DNA of 64,000 nt from a virus (Duplodnaviria > Caudoviricetes): positions 48,521-112,520 of IMG/VR virus record IMGVR_UViG_3300035208_001463, one strand, 5' to 3'. Below are positions 22,121-33,768 of the stretch, piece after piece (the first letter of the stretch is position 1; the number at the start of each line of letters is the position of its first letter). Both the position numbers and the translations under genes were made by a program. A model generated the notes under the pieces. That model made no database searches, had not been told where the DNA came from, and worked only from the letters and a program-made list of their open reading frames with translations.

Positions 22121-24094
22121 ACGCGTATAGTAAACTATAAATAGTTTTGAGTTTCATAGTAGTATGTAGCAAAAATTAAGGAGTGAAAGAAGATGGTAAC
22201 AATCGTTCAGAAACAAAGGATATGGGAATGCCACAACTACGATCTGACACCAGAACAATTTAAAGAATATAAAAAACTTCCAAAGGAGGAACGACCAAAC
22301 TTCCTTGATAACATCGGTGGAAGTGGTGCAGAATATGAGAACGAAGAAGTATTCAAGTATGAGGTTATAAAATGAAACCCACTCGTGCACAAATCAAATC
22401 ACAGATGAAGAAAGTGAATAAACTCGCATGCAAATCTCTAGAAGAGTCTATGAAATTTAATAAAATGTGCGAAGAATACTATGGAGAAGAAAATTATTCC
22501 GACAATGATCTCGATCAGATCATTGACTGCCTTGATTACGGGCAGGGTGAAATGAACTTCGAAGAGTTTGATGAACTGATGAAAGAAATCAACTCGGACG
22601 CGTATTAGAAAGATATATATACTTACAAGTTTCATATAGTAATGTAACAGAAAACAAAGGAGTGGGAGAAGATGGTAACAAGAAAGCAAGTCCTCGCACA
22701 AATCAAAAAGATGGGATGCACCGTGGATGAAGAAAATCAAGATGGTGATCTTCTTGTAATCGATGCTCCAAAAGGAAAAGTGTTTGCTTGCAGTGGAACA
22801 CATTGTCTTGTGGAGCCGCTTACTGATGAATTTAACCCGGAACTCAAACGATCTGATGCTTACAAAGAAATCATAAAAAATCTAACATTTAAAAATTTAC
22901 AATCTGTAAATGGGCTTATGGACTGTAAAGACCCGGAATGTGACATCTGTCACACGGGGGATGAGGAATGACAAAAACAAAACATTTTACCTTCTGTAAT
23001 GATGAACTAATCGACGACCCTGTAACACAATCATATATTAACGATCCCAGAGCAAAACATATTCTTAATCGTATACACGATTATAATCATTTTGGGATGC
23101 GTAGAAGCGGAAAATGTGGACGACACCCATCATCTCATATGCGTATAACACCGCAATCACTCAAACTGGCAGAAAAAGTCAAATCTGATACGGGGATGGA
23201 AGTATTCCCAGCTCAACGTGGAAATAGTGTTGCTAATATCTACGGTGAAGGCGGTAGCACGTGGGAAATGTATGTTATTGCATGGGAAAATCGCCCATGT
23301 ATCGGCACTCTTGGAAGTGATTATACTGTTCGAGAGTTGATTACTTGTAAAGGCAAATTTGAAATAGACACATTATCTGGGGGAGATTATGAACTTATAC
23401 CGTGCCAAAAAGATCAAGATCGATTATATAAACTTCGTGTAAAACGATTGAATAAGATAGCAGAACGCAATATTAAAATTATAAATGATCGTACAGATGC
23501 CAATTTAGCAAAATTATCTGATGAAGACTATAAGAAAATAACTGGCAGAGAAAGAGGATCAACATGACCACCCAAATAATCTACACCCCACACAATCCCC
23601 CGACCAAGGGGGTTGCGAAGAAGATATGGGATGTGTTAGTAGCAAATAATCTTGACCCGAAAAACCTTCATTATAACAAGGGGTGAATGGGAATAAATGG
23701 CGGAGGCACATGGGCTTGTGAACTTGGAAACCCGGAAAAATATACTAATTCCCTTCGTGATTACTTTGGAAACCTCTGTGGTATATTCGAAAAAACACTC
23801 GTGTATATACAAAGTTTAACCGCTCCATATGATATGGTGTACGTTGGATTTACAACACGTAAATGCCCATTCAAAACTAGAACCGAATGTTCTTATTATT
23901 ATTTAACCAATAGAGATATGCTACTAGAAAATGACTGCCCATCAACATGTGATGCTGGAACCGATGAATTCCTTATACAGAGAAACGAAGAATATGAGAG
24001 GGTTAAAAAGAACTAACACGCGTCCTAGAAAGATATAAATACTTGGCAGTTCCATAGTAATATGTAACAAAAATTAAAGGAGTGAAGAAACATG
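22121..24094 (+). repeat. Three dispersed ~75-bp promoter/leader repeats (22121-22195, 22598-22674, 24018-24094)
   Basis: Each reads ACGCGT..TATA(A/T)ATA..AGTT(T/C)CATA..TGTA(A/G)CA..AAGGAGTG..ATG. Confidence 0.8.
22968..23567 (+). CDS. Hypothetical protein
   Basis: 199-aa ORF coupled by ATGA overlaps. Confidence 0.6.
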   Translation: MTKTKHFTFCNDELIDDPVTQSYINDPRAKHILNRIHDYNHFGMRRSGKCGRHPSSHMRITPQSLKLAEKVKSDTGMEVFPAQRGNSVANIYGEGGSTWEMYVIAWENRPCIGTLGSDYTVRELITCKGKFEIDTLSGGDYELIPCQKDQDRLYKLRVKRLNKIAERNIKIINDRTDANLAKLSDEDYKKITGRERGST

Positions 24095-25214
24095 ATGTCA
24101 CCACAAACTATTAGAAACTGGTTAAACACCGTGGATGAGCAAGGAGAACATCTTGGTTGGAAAGATTATAAAGCATATCGAAATCATATGCTGAACAAAA
24201 TTGCTTCTGAAGACCGTGAAGATATTCTCGATTACTTGGAAGATTATGAAGAGGACTGATCTAACATGACCGGAATCTATCTGGAAGACGGAACAAGCAT
24301 CCACTTCATTCAGGATCGTTATACAATCCACTTCGAAGGTATGACTGTAGTATTCTTACTTAAGAAGGAATGTGAACACCCGCGTAGGGAAAGTAAGATT
24401 GTGCTCGACTACACAAACAAGACTGCTTACTTTGAGTGGGCAGATGGACACAATGAGACCGTGAAGTTTAAGGGGATGATCTAACATGGTAGATAAACTA
24501 GAAAACTTTCTGAATTGTCAATGCTCCGATTGCAAAACAATCCCGTGTCCAATTTATGATGCATTAGTTGCAACAATAGGGTATTCCAATGATGTATCAA
24601 CCATTCGAGACAACATTATGAAAAATAAAATTTGTCTGGTAAAAACGGTGAGGAGAAACTAACATGACCCCAAACTTCTGCAAAACATATTTCGACACGC
24701 AGAGTGTTGAAATCATTGGAATGAAGATTAAACAGACAAAGAAAGAAGAAAAACCAATCGCACCAATCATTGTGGCGAAGGAGTATTAAAATGTTCTACG
24801 GCGAACTTTCAACAAAAGAATTCAATGACGATGATGATATGACTACAAATCAAGGCGTGTATATCGAAGACGATAAAGAAGAATCATCAGAAATCAACGC
24901 GCTTTTGGATTATTATGGAGAATATTAATTATGACCACAGACAAAACCCCAACCCCCGAAATCATTATCGAAAAATACGACAAAAATTACTACCACGCGC
25001 GTATTAAAGACACGAAGTATTCAACCAGCGATAGCGAAATCTACACTACTATCGGAAGATTGGTGTTTGAACACCAAGATCTTTTTAATGTGAAGATTAC
25101 TGTTGAATCTAAAGACCCACCAAAGAAGAAACGCGGTGGTGGATTGTTTAATACGAATCCGGGATCTTCGTTGCCATAGATACATTATTAAACTTTTAAA
25201 ACAAATACCATATC

Positions 25215-25922
25215 ATGTCTAAAAGTTTCACAATCGGTGATCTTCACGGTCGCGCCCCCGCGCTTATCGAAGTATTGGATAAGTGCAACTTCGATAAAGA
25301 CCACGATAATTTAATTGTTCTTGGTGATATCGTTGATGGATATCCGTGGGTAAAGGAATGTTTTGATGTATTGGATATGATTAAGAACAAGGTAATAATT
25401 GCCGGTAATCATGACTATTTATGGTTCCTCAACTGGTGCAAGACCGGTCAAGAACTCCCCGTCTGGGTTCATCAAGGAGGATACGCCACATTGCGTTCCT
25501 ACGACTTCGATAACAAAAATGTTCCCGAATCCCACGTCAAAATGATAGAGACTTCGAAGATCTACCACATAGACAATAATAAGAATCTCTACTGTCACGG
25601 TGGATTCAATCCAAAAGTTCCCATTGAACAACAAACCCCCGATTTTATTCTGTGGGATCGAACACTTTGTAAATACGCACACGACAGGTGGATTCAAAAG
25701 AATCCTGTGAATATCGAACCATATAAGAAGATCTTTGTTGGACACACGAGTACCATGCTTTTTCATTCAACGCGCCCATTAATTATGGGTAACGTAATTA
25801 TGCTCGATACCGGAGGCGGTGATATTGGGAAATTAACGATTATGAATGTTGATACATTAGAATGGTGGCAAAGTGATAAGAAAACGAAACTTAATACAAG
25901 TGGTGTTAAGTCCGGAAATTAA
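25215..25922 (+). CDS. Calcineurin-like metallophosphoesterase (lambda/PrpA-type Ser/Thr phosphatase)
   Basis: GDLHG, GDIVD, GNHD, HGG, GHT and DTG motifs. Confidence 0.9.
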   Translation: MSKSFTIGDLHGRAPALIEVLDKCNFDKDHDNLIVLGDIVDGYPWVKECFDVLDMIKNKVIIAGNHDYLWFLNWCKTGQELPVWVHQGGYATLRSYDFDNKNVPESHVKMIETSKIYHIDNNKNLYCHGGFNPKVPIEQQTPDFILWDRTLCKYAHDRWIQKNPVNIEPYKKIFVGHTSTMLFHSTRPLIMGNVIMLDTGGGDIGKLTIMNVDTLEWWQSDKKTKLNTSGVKSGN

Positions 25923-26619
25923 TATGGTTGTAGTGTGATTAAAATGAAGTTATACGGAGAAATTGAGTTAAGCGGTATCACAAAGATTGTGATTAACCGC
26001 ACAGTTGTTTGGGAACGAGAGAATGAAATATGGGTAAAAAAGGCAGGTGGGGGGAAGTTTGTATATAATGAAGATAACAGGATCATCAAACTTCCACATG
26101 AAATGATGTGGCATGTTAACAGGCTCTTAGCGTGCAGTATTAAAGATCCAGTGTTGGAGATGATTGGCATTAAAGAAAATGCGTATAAGGCGTGGCCTGC
26201 TGGAAATACTTTAAATGTGTGTAGAAAAGATTTGGTGAGGAAGGAAGAATGAAGAAGAAATCCTTGAAATATATGGAATGTTTGCACCACGAGATTTGTT
26301 GTCAAAATGAAATGTTTAACGGTTGTGGTATCAAATGCAAAAATTTCTTATATTCCCGCCAAGATCATCTACGCAATCAAATCGAAATGAGTAAAAATAT
26401 AATTGTGCCATACAATTACAGTATTGTTTTTGATCCGGAAGTTAGTCTCTTTAGATTTGGTGGTGAAATAAATGGAAGATGGATATATGGAAGTATATCT
26501 TGAAGACTACAATGCAAAAACACATCTTATTAAAAAGCAAGAGGAAGAAATTCGCAATTTGAAGAAAAAGATCTCTGATTTGGAAAAAGAATTACACAAA
26601 GTTTATAAAAAATAAAAGA

Positions 26620-27165
26620 TTAATTTTTATTATTATTCTCTTTTACCTCATTTCCCCACAAATCCCAACCAGATCTTTCTTCTCTAGCAAAAAGTTCTAT
26701 CTTCGGATTTAAATTTTGAATTGCTGGCTCTATTAATTCAAAAAATTCTTCTGGTTTTTGCGAATGATTTCTCACTTTAGATTGAATAAAATTTGGTTTT
26801 TGTAGACGAAATGCTTTGACATTTCCTTTAATACCCACAAGACATTCTTCTACCTGACCACGGAACCAATATCCCATTCCAAGAGACATTATTTTACGCC
26901 AATATATCTTCGTTTTGTACTTAAATCCCCACGTATCCATAACTTTCGGTGGATAATCTGCTAATGGGGTTGTTCCCCACAAGAAAAGAACACAATTCTT
27001 TTCACAAATAGTGGGGATCGGAAGCGCGCATATTTCTTCTAAAGACATCGTTGGATACTTTTCACTTGAACCAGATTTCATTGATCCGCCAGTGTTTTTA
27101 TTACGGTATTGCCAAGGCGGATCTGCGACGATCACGCTGTATTTCTTATCGGGAAATTGGATCAT
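26620..27165 (-). CDS. MT-A70 family N6-adenine methyltransferase
   Basis: VIVADPPW, YPTMSLEEI, LFLW, HSQKP, IELFAR and GWDLWGNE motifs. Confidence 0.92.
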   Translation of the reverse strand: MIQFPDKKYSVIVADPPWQYRNKNTGGSMKSGSSEKYPTMSLEEICALPIPTICEKNCVLFLWGTTPLADYPPKVMDTWGFKYKTKIYWRKIMSLGMGYWFRGQVEECLVGIKGNVKAFRLQKPNFIQSKVRNHSQKPEEFFELIEPAIQNLNPKIELFAREERSGWDLWGNEVKENNNKN

Positions 27166-27568
27166 ATTACCTCAATTTACGGCCCTTCCGGGCGGAGTTT
27201 GCACACTTCACACAATGATAAATCGCCCCATCCCTATTCTGTGCCTTTCTTCGCTTTGCATCGCTTGCTTGTATCTTAAATCGTTTCTTACAATAGGAAC
27301 AAAATACCCAGATCATACAATATCACCCGCTATAATAGCATAAATCCCCGACACCGTAAACACCAGATACATAATCACCAGTGCCATATAGCTCAATCCA
27401 CCATCCCACCATTTCTTATGACCACCAATTGCCCATAATAGAAGTATAGGATTTGATATCATCCACACGAGAATGGCAAGGTTGTGGTGAAGCCATAGTG
27501 AATTAACTAAAGTTCCTATAATACCTATTGCCGATCCAACAATAGATAGAACAGAACCAATCTGCGTT

Positions 27569-27865
27569 TTATTCATATATACCCAACATCTTCTTAATGC
27601 GTTTCTCTTTTATATCCATTTCGCATTTAACTCTCACTGTATATTCCGCGTCGTGTTTGAGCATCATAATATCGATTTGCTCTAACATAATACGCACGTC
27701 TGCTTCTTCTTCCGCGATGGATTTGATACGCGACGGATCATCTTCGTTGCGTTTATATTTTGAAATTGCCTTAATCAATTCAGAACATTCTTCGATAGCA
27801 ATATCTAATTGTTTTGATTCACCATATTTCTGAATCATTTGTTCTAGGAGTTTTTGGGAGATCAT
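27569..27865 (-). CDS. MazG-like NTP pyrophosphohydrolase
   Basis: EECSELIKAISK...EEEADV (ExxE..ExxD). Confidence 0.78.
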   Translation of the reverse strand: MISQKLLEQMIQKYGESKQLDIAIEECSELIKAISKYKRNEDDPSRIKSIAEEEADVRIMLEQIDIMMLKHDAEYTVRVKCEMDIKEKRIKKMLGIYE

Positions 27866-28387
27866 AATTTATCACCAAGTTTATCTTTCTCTATACGTTT
27901 TGATATAAAACATTTCAAATCTTTTTTATAATATAATTCCTTTCGATATTCATTTATTGGATCTATTATTACGTGAATGTATATCGCATTAATAACAATT
28001 GCGATCACCATATATAAAATTACACCCATTATTTTTGTTATTTCGTCAATATTAAACAATAAAAACACTTCTAATGGTATTAATGCAATTATTCCCCCAA
28101 TTACTTCAAAGATCCTATGTTTTATTTTATTTATAAGCCAATCGGTGTTAATTTCTTCCATTCATTTACCTTCCAATATCTTAATCGCCTTCTCCAATTC
28201 CACGGCCCTTCTATCCTGACATTCGTTCATGAAATCAAACAACTTTACTTCGTTATCTTCCATCCCTTCCGTTTTAAATTTCGCCCACGCGCGTTCTAAA
28301 TAGCACTTTAGAATACGAATAGCATATTTTCCGTCTGGCGTTGCATCAACGTGAAGATCATTTAATGGTCGATCTAATTCTGGCAGT

Positions 28388-28774
28388 TTAGACATTTAAA
28401 CACTCCTGTTTTTCTATTTTCTTTGCTAAATAATCGCAGTGGCATCTAGGCCCACTTTCATTAATTTTACACCAACACCCCAATCTCCTTGCTCCTTTTA
28501 ATTCATTAATATCAAGAAATCCACCCGTCTTTGTCATCCATAACTCTACTTGTATTGGTGTCAATCCACCAATCTTTAACATATTTCTTACCATTGTTTC
28601 GTTGCCCAGTTCGGTTATAGCATCTAAATAATATTCGTATAAATCACATACGCGATCACGCATCCATGTTTCATACATTATAAAGGGGTTTCCCCATTTG
28701 GTCTCTCGATCCGCGCGAAAATCTCCGGGTTTTCCAAAGTCACGACAATGAAGCATGTTTACTACTTCTATCAT
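28388..28774 (-). CDS. DUF4326-family protein
   Basis: KWGNPF...LGCWC...CHCDYL. Confidence 0.78.
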   Translation of the reverse strand: MIEVVNMLHCRDFGKPGDFRADRETKWGNPFIMYETWMRDRVCDLYEYYLDAITELGNETMVRNMLKIGGLTPIQVELWMTKTGGFLDINELKGARRLGCWCKINESGPRCHCDYLAKKIEKQECLNV

Positions 28775-29376
28775 TTAAAAATTATACCTCTCTAATAACA
28801 TTATCTATATTCCACAACCCATCTTTGTTTACCCATCCCACACCAATAAAAGGGTTGTGCGCTACAGAAACTTCATAAGTTTTGCCTTCGCGTAGTTTAG
28901 CATAATCAATGTTTGATCTAACACGATATGTCGTCTCGGTTTGTGAAATAACAGATAATGGCGATGGTATTTTTTCTTTTACTTCGATTGTAATTATCTG
29001 ATGATCGACCCAAATACAATTTGCTCCGAACACTAATACTATCATAATTATAAGAGAGTATCCTAAATATCCCATGATATTACAAAATTGTTCATCTGAT
29101 AACATTTTAATCAACCATATTTAAAAACATACTCCTTTTTGCTTCTAACAAGAGAGGGATTACTCCTTTCAAGTTTCCTTTTCTTATTCACAAAGTATAA
29201 TCGGATGGGGAACAAAATAACTCGTGTAATAAATAAACCAGCAGGAATATAGAAACTTATCATTCCTAATACACATGCTATAAATCCAATAATTGTTCCT
29301 ATAGTCAATCCAACTTCTGGGAACTTCAATCCCCATAAAATATAATTTATATTGTCGTATTGTTTTTTAGTTGTTG

Positions 29377-29997
29377 TCATTCCCCACCCTCCCCCTTTAC
29401 AATCTCCTCAATCACGCTGATCCCAGCATCCAATTCCACCGCGTCGTGCAAATCCCGCTCTCTTTTCTTCTCGCGTATTGCGTCTTGCACATATTTGGAT
29501 TCATACAAAGCCTGACCCAACACGCCGCCGGATGCAAATGTCTTTGCCCATTCATCATCAGAATGTAGTGCTTTTATTTTTTCTTCAAATCCCCCCATAT
29601 TTACATCTTTTACAGATTCCGGACAATCATTTCTAAATTGACATATCCAATACTGCTCTTGCACATCGTAACCCCATTTCACAGCAAGATCCTGCTCATT
29701 AATATCAAACAGATGATACCACTTTCCATCTTCTCTTGCAACCCACAAGAAATCAGTGATCTCAAACCATTTTCTCGCTTCACCAACTGGATCTACCATT
29801 TCGCGGTCTGCAATAAGACTAATAAGATCCCGAATGTTGTCAGATACTAATATAACAGTATATTCATCCATCTCTCCGGGTTTGTATCTAATACGATACT
29901 TATAAAGTTTTACAATTTCGGTTTCCATCATATCAATAACCCCTAGCGCGGATCGCAGTAAGCGGAACCATATAACACTCTTCCTTTCTTGCGTCAT
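29377..29997 (-). CDS. Hypothetical protein
   Basis: 206-aa ORF in minus-strand operon. Confidence 0.55.
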   Translation of the reverse strand: MTQERKSVIWFRLLRSALGVIDMMETEIVKLYKYRIRYKPGEMDEYTVILVSDNIRDLISLIADREMVDPVGEARKWFEITDFLWVAREDGKWYHLFDINEQDLAVKWGYDVQEQYWICQFRNDCPESVKDVNMGGFEEKIKALHSDDEWAKTFASGGVLGQALYESKYVQDAIREKKRERDLHDAVELDAGISVIEEIVKGEGGE

Positions 29998-30304
29998 TTA
30001 AAACAGTGATCACAGCGAAATCCCCATCAATATCTTTTATTTCGGCTGCTTGGTCAAATCTTTGTTTGGGTATCCACATGGGGCGGTTAGATCCCACTCG
30101 CCACCAGACTGCTTGTTTTTTATGAAAATCGGGCATACGTATATTGGTAGGTGTTGTTTGTATTTATAATGTTCGGTTTTTGCTCACTTTTCCCAACTAC
30201 ATCTCCGGGCGCATAACACCCGCGCTGTCATATTCTATGGTGGAAGGGAATAATAAACACACAAACACAAAACTTTATATATAATGCGATAATAACATTT
30301 ATAT

Positions 30305-30637
30305 ATGGGATTTTCTGATACTAATAAAGGTAACTCATCTCCTCTGTCAATAGGCACACCGAAGGATAAATACGTTGATTTTTTCTTTAATCAGTTCGGG
30401 TGTTACACTAACATATTGAGGTCGGATGTCAATGAGAAAGAATTGGATCGGGCAACAGCGGCACTTATTGCTATCTGTCCTGACATTAAGATACGAGAAG
30501 ATCTGTTCAAAAAATACACGGATAAGAAAAAGGAATCTGGGATAGTAACAGCATCCGCTGGACTAGCCGGTAACTTTATGTCATATATATCTGACACGCT
30601 GGAATTCACAGAAAAGAGTTATGCTTCGGTGTTCTAA
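30305..30637 (+). CDS. Hypothetical protein, first gene of ATPase operon
   Basis: Follows TTTATATATAA box; TAATG coupling to ATPase. Confidence 0.6.
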   Translation: MGFSDTNKGNSSPLSIGTPKDKYVDFFFNQFGCYTNILRSDVNEKELDRATAALIAICPDIKIREDLFKKYTDKKKESGIVTASAGLAGNFMSYISDTLEFTEKSYASVF

Positions 30638-31614
30638 TGGATCTCACCAAACCAATTGTATTAGAAAGTGGAATTGTGGATCTGGGATGTTCTAACAGGT
30701 CTGCCATAATCAGACTTGCTAATTGGGCACAAGATCTTATTGACAATAAAAAACCAATCCCTAGAAGTCCATTCTGCAAATGGGCGGCAGAGCGTGTTGG
30801 ATCTAAAGATAAACAGGATTTAACTATCTTTATATCAGCTCGTAAAGGCAAAGGCAAATCTTATACAGCACTCTATCTTGCATCGCGCATTGCAGAAGAA
30901 ATCGCCTTGTTGCTTGGAGGTAAACCATCAGATTACTTTACTATAGAGAACTGCGCTCTCCTTATGGACTCATCAAAAATTACCAATCTGTTGTCAACCA
31001 AAGGCAAATATCAGGTTTTAATTATTGATGATGCTGGTGTGGGAGCAAACAACAGGGAATTTTTATCTCGCGGTAATATCAACTTTAACAAAATTATGAT
31101 GACGTGCAGAACCAAAAGGTGGATTGTTATATTCACGTCGGTTCTAAAAAGTCACGTTGATTTGAATATTCGTGAAATGAGTGATATACTTATTAATATC
31201 TACAAATCATTTCATGAAGGGGGATTTAATATTTGTAAGGCTAAAAATTCAGATGTTATAGAATTGCCTAATAATAAAAATGTGACAATTTCAAAAAGAT
31301 TATCATTTGATAAAGATAATAAAAAAATTGATTTTTGGGTTTCATTTGCACCCGATAGAAAACTTGCAGAAGAATATGACCGTCAAAGAGATATAGCAGC
31401 GGATCAAATTTTGCAAGAATCAAATGAACAATTGAATGAAAAGCAAGCGGGGAAAACCGAAACAAAACAGCAAGAATTGTTCACAAAATATTATGATGAT
31501 GTAGAAAAACTTTTTAAATCCGAACCAAAAATAAAATCCAGAGAAGTGCTTCGGAGATTCCCGGGATTGACATTAACATATTTAGATAAAATGAGAGCAC
31601 AAGGAGGGTTTTAA
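30637..31614 (+). CDS. P-loop ATPase, Zot/FtsK-HerA-like (candidate packaging/extrusion ATPase)
   Basis: Walker A ARKGKGKS, Walker B VLIIDD, Arg motif TCRTKR..IFT and VDLNIR. Confidence 0.78.
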   Translation: MDLTKPIVLESGIVDLGCSNRSAIIRLANWAQDLIDNKKPIPRSPFCKWAAERVGSKDKQDLTIFISARKGKGKSYTALYLASRIAEEIALLLGGKPSDYFTIENCALLMDSSKITNLLSTKGKYQVLIIDDAGVGANNREFLSRGNINFNKIMMTCRTKRWIVIFTSVLKSHVDLNIREMSDILINIYKSFHEGGFNICKAKNSDVIELPNNKNVTISKRLSFDKDNKKIDFWVSFAPDRKLAEEYDRQRDIAADQILQESNEQLNEKQAGKTETKQQELFTKYYDDVEKLFKSEPKIKSREVLRRFPGLTLTYLDKMRAQGGF

Positions 31615-32111
31615 TGGCAGATGTTGATAAAGAAGCAGAATTGCTAGTAATAAGTGAAAAACTTGTCGAAATACAAAAAGATGGAAAAGACCATTCTGTA
31701 ACAGAGTTTTTTAAAATTCTTGAAAAAATTAAAACACTGATAGATCCAAATTTTATGGCTATACCAGAAGATTTGAAACGAAGTATCGGAATTGCCACAG
31801 TAAGTGCGGTTGCCGCACCGGATCCGGAACAAAGAGTTGATATCGTGAGGGCTGGGTTATCCCTTTTAAGAACTGCTGTTTTAATGGCAGGAGGGCCGCA
31901 AACGCGTTTTTATTTGGAAAAAATTAAAGCACATGAAAATGCAATATCTTCAGAATTGAAAAGAATTGCTCCAGATTCGGAATCTGAACGTGTTACACTA
32001 TTTGATACGGTGTGGCGCGCAACATCCTTCCTTGTATTTATGAGTTTTAATGGATATGGAGAAATTAATTCTACTGGGTTTTCGTGGCCTACAGGTGGTG
32101 ATTCTAAATGA
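31614..32111 (+). CDS. Hypothetical protein (ATPase operon)
   Basis: TAATG coupling. Confidence 0.6.
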   Translation: MADVDKEAELLVISEKLVEIQKDGKDHSVTEFFKILEKIKTLIDPNFMAIPEDLKRSIGIATVSAVAAPDPEQRVDIVRAGLSLLRTAVLMAGGPQTRFYLEKIKAHENAISSELKRIAPDSESERVTLFDTVWRATSFLVFMSFNGYGEINSTGFSWPTGGDSK

Positions 32112-32686
32112 CGATGCGGGATTTATTTAAAAATACCGATGATTATGAAGATGAATACAACAATCAAGAACAGCAGGATCAACCACAATTAACCGATGGT
32201 GGAGAAGGAGAGGAACAACCACAAGAAGGGAGTGTTTTTGATGATGGAACCGGGGTTATTCCGGGGAATGATATGTCTACCTCTCCGAGAGATTTTAGAT
32301 ATATTGACAGATTCGTGCGCGTGCGTGGAATGCCATCTCCTGCGCATAACACTAACGAAGAGAGCAATTTTATCCTTGGAGACTCGTTCGCAGAGCAGCT
32401 AGTTTTAAACTTCCTTTCCGATTCCGATCAAAAGAAGATACTTCGCAGTTTATATGATATAGTTGATGAAAGTGAAGGAAGTGGGAATGCGCGCGTTGCA
32501 TTAACAGACGCAAAAATACTCGCTGCACGCATTTTGATGAAACGTTCTTCCACAGAAAACGCATTGAATTTAAATGAACGTTCCAGCCATATATCGACGT
32601 TAAACCGGAGTAATATCACCACTAAAACCAATCATATTCAACCATCTAGTAGTGGGGGATGGTTGTCTAGACTGTTTGGGCATTAA
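32108..32686 (+). CDS. Hypothetical protein with acidic N-terminus and C-terminal amphipathic GGWLSRLFG
   Basis: ATGA coupling; composition. Confidence 0.6.
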   Translation: MTMRDLFKNTDDYEDEYNNQEQQDQPQLTDGGEGEEQPQEGSVFDDGTGVIPGNDMSTSPRDFRYIDRFVRVRGMPSPAHNTNEESNFILGDSFAEQLVLNFLSDSDQKKILRSLYDIVDESEGSGNARVALTDAKILAARILMKRSSTENALNLNERSSHISTLNRSNITTKTNHIQPSSSGGWLSRLFGH

Positions 32687-32721
32687 AAATTCTTTTTTCA
32701 CAAAAATACAAAAATAAACAC

Positions 32722-32748
32722 AAACATATAAATACTATTAGCGCGTAT
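32722..32748 (+). promoter_or_regulatory. Archaeal TATA promoter with CGCGTAT element, driving the RAMP operon
   Basis: AAACATATAAATACTATTAGCGCGTAT; near-identical motifs on minus strand at 13535-13560 and 59321-59347. Confidence 0.7.
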
Positions 32749-32756
32749 ACTATTAT

Positions 32757-32888
32757 ATGGGAAAAGTAGATGACCCTGTAATTCCTGTCTGCCCCATTTG
32801 TAAACGGAAAACCATTTATTTCCGCGCAGACGGAACAATTAAGTGTAGAGCGTGTGGATATGATGGCCCTAATAAGGTGAAAGAATGA
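32757..32888 (+). CDS. 43-aa C2C2 zinc-ribbon protein (not in ORF track)
   Basis: Manual translation MGKVDDPVIPVCPICKRKTIYFRADGTIKCRACGYDGPNKVKE; ATGA overlap with next gene. Confidence 0.75.
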   Translation: MGKVDDPVIPVCPICKRKTIYFRADGTIKCRACGYDGPNKVKE

Positions 32889-33433
32889 CAGAAATTGATG
32901 TTAAAATTAAAGGTGTGAAGCCCCTTTTACAGCATTCGACTTATGCAATGACGCTTCCAAAATCGAAGAAAGTTAAATCTTCGGAACATGATACTGACAA
33001 AGAGGCAGAATTATGTTTGTATCTCGATGAGAACAAAAAGATGTGTGTACCGTTTATGCACATTCTCGCTGCAATGCGTAAGGCTGCAACCAATCTTAAG
33101 AAAGGTGGTTCCGGTAAGAAAACACTCAAGGATTTTGTTTATTCCGGATTACAAGTTTCACCCGATCTTATTGAAATTACACCGCAGAAATACGATGTTG
33201 ATATTCAGATTGTCAAGGTTGGTAATGCTCGTATTCCGCGCGCACGACCGCTATTCAAAAAGTGGGAAATTACATTCAAAATCAACATCATTGATGAACA
33301 GACATGGGATGCTGGCACCGTTCGGCAGGTGCTTGAAGAAGCAGGCAAATATCAGGGACTTGGAGATTTCCGCCCACTGTACGGCACATTTGAAGTTGTT
33401 AGTATGAGTGTAAATGGGAAAGAAGTGAAGTAA
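32885..33433 (+). CDS. Stand-alone Cas7/RAMP-like RNA-binding protein
   Basis: RAMP-like motifs IKGVKPLLQH, VPFMHILAAMRKAA and RARPLFKKWEITFKI; C-terminal Gly-rich loop AGKYQGLGDFRPLYGTFEV. Confidence 0.75.
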   Translation: MTEIDVKIKGVKPLLQHSTYAMTLPKSKKVKSSEHDTDKEAELCLYLDENKKMCVPFMHILAAMRKAATNLKKGGSGKKTLKDFVYSGLQVSPDLIEITPQKYDVDIQIVKVGNARIPRARPLFKKWEITFKINIIDEQTWDAGTVRQVLEEAGKYQGLGDFRPLYGTFEVVSMSVNGKEVK

Positions 33434-33768
33434 TGCCAACTGGATATCGCACTTGTTTGGAAAAACAAATGTATGGTTATCTCACGGAACTTGGATACCA
33501 AACGGGTGTTGACTACTATGAACAATACCCATTTGGTTTATACGTTCTAGATTTTGCATTTGTTCAATCTAGAAGCCCATTTAGAGGAGTTGATATCGAA
33601 ACCGACGGAATTCAATGGCATTCTGATTCGAAACAGAAGAAAAGAGACAACTACAGAGACTATAAATTGTTGAAAAGTGGATGGATAACAGAACGCTTCG
33701 GAGAAACGTTTTCTCTAGAAAATGTGGCAATTGTGCTGAAAAGGCATAATATTAAACCCTCTTTGTGA
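33433..33768 (+). CDS. DUF559/Vsr-like PD-(D/E)xK endonuclease
   Basis: TCLE, EQYP..YVLDFA, IETDGIQWH and RDNYRD..L...GW motifs; TAATG coupling to the RAMP gene. Confidence 0.8.
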   Translation: MPTGYRTCLEKQMYGYLTELGYQTGVDYYEQYPFGLYVLDFAFVQSRSPFRGVDIETDGIQWHSDSKQKKRDNYRDYKLLKSGWITERFGETFSLENVAIVLKRHNIKPSL

